Shown: positions 27,306 to 37,687 of the stretch, piece by piece
Numbering within the stretch: the first letter of the stretch is position 1
Layout of the letters: every line of letters starts with the position of its first letter
Assembly: GCA_031372065.1 (NCBI GenBank)
Contig: JANMKN010000308.1
Location: forward strand, 1 to 60,172
Source: Abditibacteriaceae bacterium
GTDB taxonomy: Bacteria > Armatimonadota > Abditibacteriia > Abditibacteriales > Abditibacteriaceae
Length of the DNA stretch: 60,172 bases
Reading direction: 5' to 3'
Notes under the pieces: model-generated
The model's database searches: none
What the model saw: the letters and a program-made list of their open reading frames with translations, nothing else
Told to the model about the DNA's origin: nothing
Program-made: the position numbers and the translations under genes

Positions 27306-29399
27306 TCAGGGCTTATTCACCTCAATAATCACGCTTTCGATAGTGCCGCCGAATTTGTTGCCTTCGCCATACGAGCCAACCAAACCACCGCTGTCGTTGC
27401 CGACCTGCAAGCCGTCAACGGGCATAACCGCGAGCGGGCCGGGCGCTTTGGCTGTGGCGACGAGAGTGCCCTCCAGATTAATCGTCATGGTGCCGTCAGC
27501 GGCCAATTTCGCCACAGCGTTATGCGCGCCGGTTGCGGTTTGCGACGTGGCGACTTTGAACAATTCGTTGTTCCGGCGCAAGGCAAAAACTAATTTGCCA
27601 CCTTCAAAATAGAGGCTGTAGCCCTGCGCCACGCCGCCTTGTGCGACGATGACGCCATCGCCTTGTTTTGCGTCGAATTTCGTGGTGATGGTAAAACTGC
27701 GCCCGCTCACGGCAGGTGCTTGCAAACGCTCCAACGCATCGCCGTTTTTCAATTCAAAGCGCGTTTTATCGCTGAACTTATCCTGATTTTTGCCGCCTTT
27801 TTTCGCGGATTTGTTGTCTTGGCGCCAGCCGCCGAGCGGCAAAACTTGCGAACGCGCCGCCCACGCTTCCCATTGCGCGGTCATGGCTTTGACACGCTCA
27901 GGCTGCGCTGCGGCCAAGTCTTTTTGCTCGGTGCGATCCACTTTTAAATCGTAAAGCCGCCACGGTTGCTTTGCGAGGGCGACGAGTTTCCAAGTGCCAT
28001 CGCGCACGGCGCGGTTTTCTTCGTGTTCCCAAAAAATCGGCTGCGCGCGATTGATATTTTGTCCCGCAAACGCCGGGCGCAAACTGACGCCTTGCAATGG
28101 CGTAATCGGTTTGCCTTTAAATTCTTGCGGATAAGTCGCGCCCGTCACATCAACGCAAGTTGCCATGATGTCAATGACGTGTCCCGGCTGCGTTTCGAGT
28201 TTGCCCTTGCGCGATTTGGCGATGCCTTGGGGCCAATGAGCAATCAGCGGCGTGGCGATGCCGCCTTCATCGGTGTAATGCTTGTAACGCACAAAAGGCG
28301 TGTTATTCAAAGTCGCCCAGCATTGGCCGACATAAACATCGGACAGCGCATCGCCGGGATGGTCACCTTCCAATTTGCCACGCACACCGCTTTCGGCGTT
28401 GCCACCATTGTCGCTCATGAACAAAATTAAAGTGTTGTCGAGTTCGCCGCGCTGTTTGAGGCCATTTACCAAGTCGCCGATGGCTTTGTCCATGTGTTCA
28501 ACGACGGCAGCGTAAATCGCCATGATGTTGTCGTAGCGCTCTTGCTGTTGTGGAGTGAGCGAATCCCACGCGGGCACTTCGGGCAGGCGCGGTGAAAGCG
28601 GCCAACGCTTATCAATCAGGCCCATTTTGATTTGACGCTGATAACGTGCCGCGCGCAATTTGTCCCAGCCCGCTTTGAATTTGCCGCGCCAGCGCGCGAT
28701 GTCAGCTTCGGGTGCCTGCAATGGAAAATGCGGCGCGTTGTGCGCCAAATAAAGGAAGAAAGGCTGCTTTTTGGCACGGGCCTCGTCTATAAATTGCAGA
28801 CCATATTGTGTCCACAAATCCGTCGAATACCACTCTTTAGGCAGAGGCGCATCAGCGGAATTTAAATCTTTGCCATTGAGAAATACTTTGGCGCGCGGCG
28901 AATCGGGAAAGTAAAAACCACCAGCGGCGGCATTAAGCGTGCGGTCAAAACCGCGTTCCCACGGCACTGTGCCCAGATTCTGCCCGACGTGCCATTTGCC
29001 GGTCATGGCCGTGAAATAACCGGCGCTTTTCAGGACTTCGCCCATCGTCACGCATTTGTCGTTGAGATGGCCGCTATAACCGGGCCAGCCGTGATCTTCC
29101 GTCATGTGTCCAACGCCCGCTTGGTGCGAATATAAGCCCGTCAAAAGCGCCGCGCGCGTCGGGCAACAACGCGCTGTGTTGTAGAAATTCGTGAAACGCA
29201 CGCCGTTTTTCGCTAAATTGTCCAAATTCGGCGTGGAAATTTCGCCACCGAAGCAGCCAAGATCAGAAAAGCCCATATCGTCCACCAAAATGACGACGAT
29301 ATTCGGCTTTTGCGCCGCGCGACCACAGAAACTCAGCAAGCACAGCGCCAGAACAGCCATCAACAAAGTGCTGCGCTTTAAAACTTGAAGCAAAGCCAC
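27306..29399 (-). CDS. Arylsulfatase (Cys-type) with C-terminal LamG-like domain
   Basis: PNIVVILVDDMG, CCPTRA, GKWH, SDNG; GAGGAG RBS before GTG 29399. Confidence 0.92.
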   Translation of the reverse strand: MALLQVLKRSTLLMAVLALCLLSFCGRAAQKPNIVVILVDDMGFSDLGCFGGEISTPNLDNLAKNGVRFTNFYNTARCCPTRAALLTGLYSHQAGVGHMTEDHGWPGYSGHLNDKCVTMGEVLKSAGYFTAMTGKWHVGQNLGTVPWERGFDRTLNAAAGGFYFPDSPRAKVFLNGKDLNSADAPLPKEWYSTDLWTQYGLQFIDEARAKKQPFFLYLAHNAPHFPLQAPEADIARWRGKFKAGWDKLRAARYQRQIKMGLIDKRWPLSPRLPEVPAWDSLTPQQQERYDNIMAIYAAVVEHMDKAIGDLVNGLKQRGELDNTLILFMSDNGGNAESGVRGKLEGDHPGDALSDVYVGQCWATLNNTPFVRYKHYTDEGGIATPLIAHWPQGIAKSRKGKLETQPGHVIDIMATCVDVTGATYPQEFKGKPITPLQGVSLRPAFAGQNINRAQPIFWEHEENRAVRDGTWKLVALAKQPWRLYDLKVDRTEQKDLAAAQPERVKAMTAQWEAWAARSQVLPLGGWRQDNKSAKKGGKNQDKFSDKTRFELKNGDALERLQAPAVSGRSFTITTKFDAKQGDGVIVAQGGVAQGYSLYFEGGKLVFALRRNNELFKVATSQTATGAHNAVAKLAADGTMTINLEGTLVATAKAPGPLAVMPVDGLQVGNDSGGLVGSYGEGNKFGGTIESVIIEVNKP

Positions 29400-29601
29400 A
29401 AATTCTCCTCGAAAAATGATTTGCACAAAGTATAGAAAGGCCCAAGGCTTTCCTGTCGCTGAATAAGCCGAACGTAACGTAAATTCTTTGTCAGGATTAA
29501 TCAGGCTTTGTTTTTGCATTCTTTAATCGCCGCGATAAAAACGTTGTCAGCCATATTTTTGGAATAGACAGCGTTTTTCGCACTGCCAAAGGAAACTAAT
29601 T

Positions 29602-30660
29602 ATGCACCGCACAAAGTTTGCCGCCCTCATCGTAGGCGCGGCTCTGACCTCTCAGGCTGCCTTTGCAGCCCCTATGTCCAAAAACATGGACTGGAAATCC
29701 AAGCTTGACCCGCAGATGAAAGCTGTTTTAGACGCATGGATGACAGCGAAACCCAAACCCATCGAAAAATTGAGTCCCACTGCTGCGCGAAAGCAGCCCT
29801 TGCCCGGCGTTGGTGTTGTAAAAGTGCTGCAAATGCAAGGCAAAAGCACAGCGCCCGAAGCGGTTGGCAGTGTGGAAATGAAATCCATTCCCGGCCCCAA
29901 AGGTGCGATTCCCGTTCGCGTTTATAAACCGACCAAGGCGCCTGACGGCCCTTTACCCGTATTGGTGTATATTCACGGCGGCGGTTGGGTTATTGCCTCA
30001 ATACAGGCTTACGATTCATCGGCCCGCGCTTTGTGCAACGCGGCGAAATGTATGGTCATTTCTGTGGGTTATCATTACGCGCCCGAAAATAAATTTCCCA
30101 GCGCTCATGAAGAAAGCTACGCGGCGACGCAGTGGGTCATGAAAAATATCAGCGGCTGGGGCGGCGATCCGAAAAAAGTTGCCATTGGCGGCGAAAGCGC
30201 TGGCGGGAATATGGCTACCGCAGTTTGTCTGATGGCGCGTGATCGCGGTGGCATGATGCCGATTCACCAGATGCTGGTCTATCCCGTTGCACAAATTGGC
30301 ATGACAACGCCTTCTTATAGAGAGAACAGGAATGCCAAGCCGCTAAATGTGCCGATGTTGAAATGGTTCGGTAAATACGAATTGAAAAACATGGCGCAAG
30401 GCAAAAATAAATACATGACGGTATTGAAGGCGAACCTCAAAGGCTTGCCGCCCGCCACTATTATTTTGGCCGAAATTGACCCGCTCCGCTCTGAAGGCGA
30501 AATGTATGCCACCCAATTGAAAAAGGCCGGTGTGCCTGTCACGTTGATGCTTTATAAAGGCGTCACACATGAATTCTTCGGCATGGGCGCCGTGGTGGAT
30601 AAAGCCAAAAACGCCGTCAACTTTGCTGCGGCCCAATTGACAGAGGCTTTTTCAAAATAA
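29602..30660 (+). CDS. Secreted HSL-family esterase/lipase
   Basis: HGGGW, GESAGG, DPLR, HEF. Confidence 0.9.
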   Translation: MHRTKFAALIVGAALTSQAAFAAPMSKNMDWKSKLDPQMKAVLDAWMTAKPKPIEKLSPTAARKQPLPGVGVVKVLQMQGKSTAPEAVGSVEMKSIPGPKGAIPVRVYKPTKAPDGPLPVLVYIHGGGWVIASIQAYDSSARALCNAAKCMVISVGYHYAPENKFPSAHEESYAATQWVMKNISGWGGDPKKVAIGGESAGGNMATAVCLMARDRGGMMPIHQMLVYPVAQIGMTTPSYRENRNAKPLNVPMLKWFGKYELKNMAQGKNKYMTVLKANLKGLPPATIILAEIDPLRSEGEMYATQLKKAGVPVTLMLYKGVTHEFFGMGAVVDKAKNAVNFAAAQLTEAFSK

Positions 30661-30696
30661 AGAGCCTCCACAGCAAAAATAATCACACAAAACCAC

Positions 30697-30732
30697 AAAA
30701 AGCGCGAAGAGAAATTCTCTTCGCGCTTTTTT
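30697..30732. terminator. Bidirectional intrinsic terminator
   Basis: aaaaagcgcgaagagaa/ttctcttcgcgctttttt. Confidence 0.85.
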
Positions 30733-30747
30733 ATTCAGTAGCAAAAG

Positions 30748-31107
30748 TTACGCAGCCAAAGTGGATTTGGCGACATCGGCAAATTGCTTGAAAGCGGTTT
30801 CGTCGTGAATCGCAATTTCACTGAGCATTTTGCGGTCAACTTGCACACCGGCTTTATTGAGGCCGTTAATCAGTTGCGAATACGAAATGCCGTTGATGCG
30901 CGCGGCAGCGTTGATGCGCACGATCCATAAACTGCGCATATCGCGCTTACGATTGCGGCGGTCACGATACGCATACTGACCGGCGTGCATCACCGCTTCG
31001 TTCGCGGTGCGAAACCAGCGATGCTTGGCGCCGTAATAGCCTTTGGCTAAATCCCGAATTTTCTTGTGCTTGGCCGAAGCCGTCACTCCCCGTTTTACGC
31101 GGGCCAT
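30748..31107 (-). CDS. rplT: 50S ribosomal protein L20
   Basis: [25 protein letters not shown]. Confidence 0.98.
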   Translation of the reverse strand: MARVKRGVTASAKHKKIRDLAKGYYGAKHRWFRTANEAVMHAGQYAYRDRRNRKRDMRSLWIVRINAAARINGISYSQLINGLNKAGVQVDRKMLSEIAIHDETAFKQFADVAKSTLAA

Positions 31108-31127
31108 AATTTACTCCCTTTGGTCGT

Positions 31128-31203
31128 GGTGGTTTAGGTTGTTGGGTGGTTAGATTGTTGAGAGTTCTTGCGAATAATTAACTACCCAACCACCTAACTA
31201 CCT
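31128..31203. repeat. Octamer short tandem repeats in inverted arrangement
   Basis: ggtggttt/aggttgtt/gggtggtt... and aactaccc/aaccacct/aactacct between rpmI and rplT. Confidence 0.55.
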
Positions 31204-31400
31204 CACAACCCCAATAACTGCTTCATGTTTTGCTCGTCGCCCTTGGCGATTGTCATCGAGCCATTGTTGTTGCGCATCTGCGTGCGGCTGCTGCGCTTGG
31301 CTTGCAAGTGGGTCAGGCCCACTTTGCGACGGCGCAGTTTACCACTGCCCGTTACGGTTACGCGCTTGGCGGTGGCCTTGTGCGTTTTCATTTTTCCCAT
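31203..31400 (-). CDS. rpmI: 50S ribosomal protein L35
   Basis: MGKMKTHKATAKR..TGSGK; synteny. Confidence 0.95.
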   Translation of the reverse strand: MGKMKTHKATAKRVTVTGSGKLRRRKVGLTHLQAKRSSRTQMRNNNGSMTIAKGDEQNMKQLLGL

Positions 31401-31461
31401 GATTCATTCACTCCAGAAAGTCAATTCCAAAATTCAACAAATTGAGAACTCAATTTGAAAT

Positions 31462-32283
31462 TTATTCATTCGAGGCCGCGTTGCTGGGTTCGCTGCTCAC
31501 TTCGTCGTCAACATCGGCTTCTTCGTCAACATCGGCCTCTTCGTCAACATCGGCTTCTTCATCAATGTCGACTTCGTCGTCATCGCCGGCTTCTTCGGCT
31601 TCTTTAGCCAAACGGGCCTGCATTGCTTCAAACTCTTCGTCAATCTCGTCGAGTGCCTCGTCCTCCGGCTCGCCGTCATAAGGTTTGAGTTTGCCGTCAT
31701 CTTTAACCAACTTGGGCAGCGGTTTGACGCCCGGTTTCGGCGACAGATTCATCGTCATGTCTCGGCCTTGTTTGATGATGCTGCCATCAATGGTGGCAAT
31801 TTCGGCTAAGGCAGCGGCAACGGTTTCCAATTGCTTGCGCCCGATTTCGGGATAAGCGTTTTCGCGGCCTTTGAATTGGCAAACCACGCGCACTTTGTGG
31901 CCGTGACGCAAAAACTTTTCGCTATGACGAATCACAACATCGCGGTCATGCTGACTGGTTGCCGGATGCAAGCGCACCGATTTCATTTCGTTGGCGGCGC
32001 TTTTCTTTTGCGCCGTCTTTTCGCGCTTGCTTTTTTCGTATTTGAATTTGCCGTAGTCCATGATGCGGCAGACTGGCGGCTGTGCGTTCTCCGCGACTAA
32101 AATTAAATCGAATCCCCGGTCGCGCGCCAAATCTATGGCTTCGCGCGTTGGCAAAATACCAAGTTGCGCGTTCTGATCATCAATGACACGCACTTGCGGA
32201 AAACGAATCCGCTCGTTGATCATCGTCATGTCGCGCCGAAAATTGCGCTGCTGTGGCCGCGGGCCACGCGGACGTCTTGCGAT
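31462..32283 (-). CDS. infC: Translation initiation factor IF-3 with acidic C-terminal extension
   Basis: INERIR, PPVCRIMDYGKFKYE, GHKV....FKGRE; probable ATC start at 32283 after GAGGTG. Confidence 0.95.
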   Translation of the reverse strand: MARRPRGPRPQQRNFRRDMTMINERIRFPQVRVIDDQNAQLGILPTREAIDLARDRGFDLILVAENAQPPVCRIMDYGKFKYEKSKREKTAQKKSAANEMKSVRLHPATSQHDRDVVIRHSEKFLRHGHKVRVVCQFKGRENAYPEIGRKQLETVAAALAEIATIDGSIIKQGRDMTMNLSPKPGVKPLPKLVKDDGKLKPYDGEPEDEALDEIDEEFEAMQARLAKEAEEAGDDDEVDIDEEADVDEEADVDEEADVDDEVSSEPSNAASNE

Positions 32284-32565
32284 ACTTAATCACCTCTACG
32301 AAATGGGCGCCGGCCTTGAAATTTCCCTTCCAAAAGCCTCAAAAGGGCCTTCAAAATGGTATCCGGTCACCAAACCTATACAATTATGCCTGAATCGGCA
32401 AAAAATTACAAAGATGCTGGAAGTTTGAAACAGAAAAGGCAAGCCAAGAATGGTGCAACGGGCGGTCTGTCTGCGAAAACTTTAATGATTCGCTTTGGCA
32501 TTTCGAAATCAATTGCTAAAAAAGATTTCTTGCCAAGATAGTGCCTTGTGGAGCTGATTGTTGGT

Positions 32566-32905
32566 TCACTTGCGCTTGTAATCTTCGAGCGTTTGACCCT
32601 CACACGCCGTTGGATGAACGCATTTCAAATATCGCCATTCGTTCAGGCTTTGGTCATCCAATAATACATTTGGCTTGGGCAAGAAGCCACTGAAGCAATG
32701 TGCAATGCCAAACTCTTCCGCGCTTTGTTCGGCGTATTCTGCTCCACCTGAACTCCAGCAATCAAAGAATCGCGCCTTGTTCTTTCAGCTCCCGAATGTG
32801 CTGAATCATGGTTGGCATTGGCATACGCTTTGTCCCGGCACTCCGCACAAATGTGTCATCAACATCTACATAAATATAGAATGGTCTTTCGACATTTGTT
32901 TCCAT
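32566..32905 (-). pseudogene. Small HAD-superfamily hydrolase, frameshifted
   Basis: Manual translation: YVDVDDTF...GAIL-stop(32762-64), continuing in another frame CWSSGGAEYA...FLPKPNVLLDDQ...HP. Confidence 0.75.
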
Positions 32906-33318
32906 TTTTAACATTTGGAATTGGTAAAGGGCGCTCAGTTGAGCGGCTCTGTCCCTCTCTTTGCAGACAGATCAAGCACGGTAGAGCTTCCGTATTGCCC
33001 GGTGTCAGCCGCATCAAGTATATCTATGTTCGTTCTGCCATTCCGAAGTTGGCTTCCCGAAACGCCGCTTGCAAGCCGCCCAACTCCTATTTTAACCGCA
33101 GTTTTGTAGTGCCAATTGGGGTAATGAACGGCAAAAGCCGCCGAGGGAAAAACCTATAGACAACTTTGTCGTTACTTTACGCGCTAACAAGCGCACACGT
33201 TGGGGCGTGTGATTCACACCAATATTTTTGCCGAAAAAGCAGGCACTTCGACTTCCAAAAGTGCTTTACGACAGGTTAAAAGAGGCTTTGAACGCCCGGC
33301 GCCGTCATTTTTCGCTTT

Positions 33319-33458
33319 CGGACTATAACCCGAAGGGCAAACCGGAATCAGTTAGAGTTGTGGGCTATAGCCCGCAGACCAAAACAGAAAGTTTTCAGCC
33401 TTCGGGCTATAGCCCGCAGACCAAACCGAAATCGGTTGGAGGCTATACCTATAGGGGA
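33319..33458. repeat. Array D: two palindromes alternating every 21 bp (42-bp period)
   Basis: CGGGCTATAGCCCG-like at 33319,33361,33403,(33445); AACCGAAATCGGTT-like at 33340,33382,33424. Confidence 0.85.
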
Positions 33459-33518
33459 GAGCGCCAAAAGTAGGGGCTTTCTGCCATTTTTTATCGTTTT
33501 TCTATCCCGCGACGAGCG

Positions 33519-33576
33519 ATTTCGCCTTTTACGAGCGCAATTTCGCCTTTTACGACGACAATAATGCGCTCTACGC
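33519..33576. repeat. Array E: short 21-bp period repeat
   Basis: atttcgccttttacga at 33519 and 33540, degenerate at 33561. Confidence 0.6.
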
Positions 33577-33609
33577 GTGCGGCAGCGAACTTTAGGGTCT
33601 AAAGAAAGC

Positions 33610-33647
33610 AAAAAGTCACTTGAGAAGTTTTCTCAAGTGACTTTTTT
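33610..33647 (-). terminator. Terminator of tmRNA
   Basis: aaaaagtcacttgagaa/ttctcaagtgactttttt. Confidence 0.85.
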
Positions 33648-33649
33648 AG

Positions 33650-34046
33650 TGGAGGCGAGGAGAATTGAACTCCTGTCCACCGAGTGAAGGACAATGGTTT
33701 CTACAGGCTTAGTCGCGTATTAATTTAAGGGCGCGTCTCCGACACGACGACGAAATACGAGCACCGAGTTCGCATTTTGCTTCCGTCTTGCGACTTTGCA
33801 GTCTTGGGACTTCGGCTGCCAGTAAATCGAAAGGGGCGAGCTAACCCAGCGATTTACTATCCGTCTAAGTGATGCTTTTTAATGTCCGACGGACAAAACT
33901 TTAAAAAGCATAGCGGCGATTAAGCAGCTAAAGCCAGCGGTTGCTGGTAAGTGTTGGCAATTAAGTTTTTTACCCCGTTTAACGAGTCTGAGTAACTCGG
34001 CCTGCCACCGTTGCGTTCAGTCCCAATGTCGAAACCTGGCGCCCCC
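33650..34046 (-). ncRNA. ssrA: tmRNA, tag (A)ANTYQQPLALAA
   Basis: 5' GGGGGCGCCAGGTTTCGAC, 3' T-arm GTTCAATTC and CGCCTCCA; tag ORF 33958-33920. Confidence 0.95.
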
Positions 34047-34137
34047 GTTAAGCATTTTACCAACGCGAATTCTCTGCGTTAGTTCCTCTATTTTACTACG
34101 TCCAACCCAATAGTCAAATTCACTAAACTATCGCTCC

Positions 34138-34602
34138 ATGAACATCTCTATTTCGCCCGAACGCGCTGACGGCGTGGATGCGATGCAACTTATCGCGGAA
34201 TTGGATGCCCTTCTCACATCGCATTATGCCATCGAAAGCTGTCACGGCTACAGCGTCGAGAAATTGATTCAGCAGGGCGTGGCTTTTTTCGTGGTGCGCG
34301 TGGACGGAGTGCCCGCCGGTTGCGGTGGGATTCAATTATTCGGCAAAGAATATGGCGAGTTGAAACGCATTTATGTGCGCCCCGAATTTCGCGAACGGGG
34401 CTTGGCGAAACGCTTAATCGAACGCCTTTCGGCTTACGCTTTGGCGCATGGCGTGACGCTTTTACGTCTTGAAACGGGCGTTTATCAAACCGCTTCCATC
34501 GCGCTTTACGAGAAGTTGGGCTTCAAACGCATTTCGCCATTTGGCGATTACACCGATGACCCGGTGAGTTTGTGCTACGAAAAATCGCTGGTGACAGAAT
34601 AA
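34138..34602 (+). CDS. GNAT acetyltransferase
   Basis: GCGG, ELKRIYVRPEFRERG, LETG, LYEKLGF. Confidence 0.9.
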   Translation: MNISISPERADGVDAMQLIAELDALLTSHYAIESCHGYSVEKLIQQGVAFFVVRVDGVPAGCGGIQLFGKEYGELKRIYVRPEFRERGLAKRLIERLSAYALAHGVTLLRLETGVYQTASIALYEKLGFKRISPFGDYTDDPVSLCYEKSLVTE

Positions 34603-34609
34603 CACACCT

Positions 34610-35632
34610 TCAGGCTTTGACTTCGCGCCAGCCGTAATTTTTCTGATAATACGCTTGGTAATCGGCGCCTTCTTTGATCGGACGCCACCAGTTCTCGTGT
34701 TTGCGATACCATGCCAGCGTGATGCGAAAGGCGTCGTCAAAAGTCATTTGAGGATACCAACCCAGAGCGCGGATTTTTTCGCAACTGACCGAATAACGAC
34801 GATCATGGCCGGGACGGTCTTCGACGTGTTGAATCAGCGATTTGTCTTTGTGCAGCAATTCCAAAATCAAATGCGTAATCTCACGATTGGTATGCTCATT
34901 ACCGCCGCCGATGTTGTAGGCCTCGCCCGCTTTGCCGTGTTCGGCGCACAGCAATATGCCGCGACAATGGTCATCGGCAAAGATGAAATCGCGCTTTTGC
35001 ATTCCGTCGCCGTAAAGCGGCAAAGGCTTGTCATCAATGGCGTTGGTGATGAAAAGTGGAATGAGTTTTTCGGGAAATTGATACGGCCCGAAATTATTCG
35101 AACCGCGCGTGATGACAACCGGCACGCCATGCGAGACAAAATACGAACGCGCGATAAGTTCGCCGCCCGCTTTGGACGCGGCGTAAGGCGAACGCGGCAA
35201 AAGATTATCATCTTCGCGGCTGTGTCCGTGCCGCACATCGCCGTAAACCTCGTCGGTGGAAACGTGCAGAAACTTTTCGATGCCGCGTTTTTTGGCTTCT
35301 TCAAGCAAAACATACACGCCGTAAGTGTTGGTTTGAATAAACGAACCAGCGTGCGCCGCGCCTTCAAGGAGCGAACGGTCCACATGAGTTTCCGCCGCGA
35401 AATTAAAGACCAACTGGCAGCCATCCATCGCCTTGGCGACGATATTTGGGTCACAAATATCGCCTTGGAAAAATTCGATGTCGGCGTCAATGTCTTCGAG
35501 ATTCTCGGCGCGTCCGGCGTAGGTCAGTTTGTCCAGCACCACAATCTGCCAATCCGGGCGTTCGCGGGCAATGAGTCGCACAAAATTGCTGCCGATAAAT
35601 CCGGCGCCGCCGGTGACGAGAATTTGTTTCAT
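34610..35632 (-). CDS. rfbB: dTDP-glucose 4,6-dehydratase
   Basis: TGGAGFIG, AAETHVDRS, STDEVYG, YAASK, DRPGHDRRY. Confidence 0.96.
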   Translation of the reverse strand: MKQILVTGGAGFIGSNFVRLIARERPDWQIVVLDKLTYAGRAENLEDIDADIEFFQGDICDPNIVAKAMDGCQLVFNFAAETHVDRSLLEGAAHAGSFIQTNTYGVYVLLEEAKKRGIEKFLHVSTDEVYGDVRHGHSREDDNLLPRSPYAASKAGGELIARSYFVSHGVPVVITRGSNNFGPYQFPEKLIPLFITNAIDDKPLPLYGDGMQKRDFIFADDHCRGILLCAEHGKAGEAYNIGGGNEHTNREITHLILELLHKDKSLIQHVEDRPGHDRRYSVSCEKIRALGWYPQMTFDDAFRITLAWYRKHENWWRPIKEGADYQAYYQKNYGWREVKA

Positions 35633-35640
35633 GATAGGCT

Positions 35641-36484
35641 TTAGGTTTTTGGTTTTTGGTTTTTGGTGAGCAAAGCGACGGCTTCGCGCACGTTGTTATC
35701 GGTTTGGGAAAGCGCGTTTTCGGCAGATTGCGAATCCGCATCGGCCATCATCATCACCAAACGCCGCGCGCGGTCTTCGAGTTTGCCGCATAAAGCGCGC
35801 ATATCGGCCATCAGATTGCCTTCGACGCGGCCCAAACGCAGCATAACGCCCGTCGAAATCATGTTCAGCACCAGTTTTTGTGCGGTGCCCGATTTCAAGC
35901 GCGTCGAGCCGGTGATAACTTCCGGGCCGACGGCGGGCGCCATTAAAACATCGCACAAACTCGCCATCGCCGCTTGCGGATTGGTGGTCACACCTGCGGT
36001 GAAAACGCCGTTGTCGCGCGCGAATTGCAAGGCGCCCATCACATACGGCGTGCGGCCCGATGCCGTGATGCCGACCACGGAATCATCGGCAGCTAAACCG
36101 GCTTCTTGCAAGACTTTGGCGCCGTTTTCGACGACATCTTCGGCACCTTCTTGCGAGCGAAACATTGCTTCGCGCCCGCCTGCGATGAAACCTTGCACCC
36201 ATTCGGGGCGGCGTGCCGAAAGTCGGCGGGCATTCGCTGGCATCCACGACGCCCAAACGCCCGGACGTGCCCGCGCCAACATAAAACAAGCGTCCGCCAC
36301 GTTTCATGCGCTCGGCGACGGCGTCCACCACTTGCGCCACTTCGTCCAAAACCAGAGAAACGGCAATTGCCACCTTTTGGTCTTCGGAGTTGATGAGTTC
36401 CAGCGCCTCGCGCGTTGGCAAACGCGATAAATTTGCCGTGCGCGGATTGACGGCTTCGGTTGGGAGATGTGATAAATCGGACAT
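35641..36484 (-). pseudogene. murQ: N-acetylmuramic acid 6-phosphate etherase, +1 frameshift near 36205-36208
   Basis: N-half TEAVNP..GAGTSGRLG..ECPPTFG and C-half GITASGRTPYV..GSTRLKSGTAQK lie in different frames. Confidence 0.9.
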
Positions 36485-36510
36485 AAAATCAGAAATTACG
36501 ATGCTGCACT

Positions 36511-36630
36511 GGCTCTGGTGACTGTCACCAGAAGCCTTGCAGCATGTGTGAGGCTTCTGGTGGCGCCCACCAGAAGGCTTGCAGCACGTGTGAAGCTTCT
36601 GGTGGGCGTCACCAGAGGCTCTGAAGCACA
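36511..36630. repeat. Array F: 42-bp period with nested palindromes
   Basis: TCTGGTG-N5-CACCAGA at 36514,36556,36598 separated by AGC(C/T)T-flanked TTGCAGCAyGTGTGA. Confidence 0.88.
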
Positions 36631-36673
36631 TTTAACGGCTCAAAACGGGCAAAATTGGGCATTCTCATGATTT

Positions 36674-37549
36674 TTAGCTCCAGCCATGCTCCAACATTTG
36701 CCTCAAATAGCTGGCGTATTCGGTTTTTCCGAGCCGCTCAATTTGTTTTTCCACGCCGGCGGCGTCAATGTAACCCATTTGGAAAGCAATTTCTTCGAGA
36801 CAGGCGACTTTTAAACCCTGACGTTTTTCGATGGTTTGAATGAAATTTCCGGCTTCGAGCAGCGATTCATGCGTGCCGGTATCAAGCCACGCCGCGCCGC
36901 GTCCGAGTTTTTCCACCTCAAGCTGCTGCTTTTCCAAGTAAACGCGATTGACATCGGTAATTTCCAACTCGCCGCGACGCGACGGCTTAATTTGCGCCGC
37001 AATGTCGGTAATTTGCGCATCGTAGAAATACAAGCCGACGACCGCATAATTCGACTGTGGCTCTGCCGGTTTTTCTTCGATGGAAGAAACGTTTCCGACC
37101 TCATCGAAGCCCAAAACGCCGTAGCGCTGCGGGTCGCGCACCCAATAACCGAAAACGCGGGCGCCCTTTTGCAATTGCGCGGCGTTTTGCAGCTTGGCGC
37201 TGAGGCCCTGACCGTAAAAAATATTATCGCCCAAAACCAAACACGCCGGGCCACCGTTGATAAATTCTTTGCCGATAATAAAGGCTTGCGCCAAACCTTC
37301 GGGGCGCGGTTGCGGCGCGAATTGGATATTTAAGCCAAACTGACTTCCATCGCCCAACAAGCGCTCGAACAAGGGCAAATCATGCGGCGTGGAAATCAAA
37401 AGCACATCGCGAATTCCCGCCAGCATCAAAACCGATAGTGGATAATAAATCAGCGGCTTGTCATAAACGGGAAGCAGTTGTTTAGAAACCGCCTGCGTTA
37501 GAGGATACAAGCGCGTGCCGCTACCGCCCGCTAAAATGATACCTTTCAT
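36674..37549 (-). CDS. rfbA: Glucose-1-phosphate thymidylyltransferase
   Basis: [38 protein letters not shown]. Confidence 0.97.
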   Translation of the reverse strand: MKGIILAGGSGTRLYPLTQAVSKQLLPVYDKPLIYYPLSVLMLAGIRDVLLISTPHDLPLFERLLGDGSQFGLNIQFAPQPRPEGLAQAFIIGKEFINGGPACLVLGDNIFYGQGLSAKLQNAAQLQKGARVFGYWVRDPQRYGVLGFDEVGNVSSIEEKPAEPQSNYAVVGLYFYDAQITDIAAQIKPSRRGELEITDVNRVYLEKQQLEVEKLGRGAAWLDTGTHESLLEAGNFIQTIEKRQGLKVACLEEIAFQMGYIDAAGVEKQIERLGKTEYASYLRQMLEHGWS

Positions 37550-37687
37550 TGTTGCCTTTCAGGATTGTCTATGTCGGAAAGTCTTTTGCTCTGTAAAGTC
37601 TTTTGCTCGGTGTAGTGTTGCCCTCAACTTGCAGCACCGCAATAAACTTTTCGTCAAGGAAACACTTTCAAAGAGGATAGATCACTT

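Noticed and set aside
32290..32400. Possible L20 leader upstream of infC
   Set aside because: Position fits, but the structure cannot be confirmed by eye; needs an Infernal/Rfam search
33600..33680. Prophage or att duplication at the tmRNA or tRNA 3' ends
   Set aside because: No second copy of these ends and no integrase found in the window
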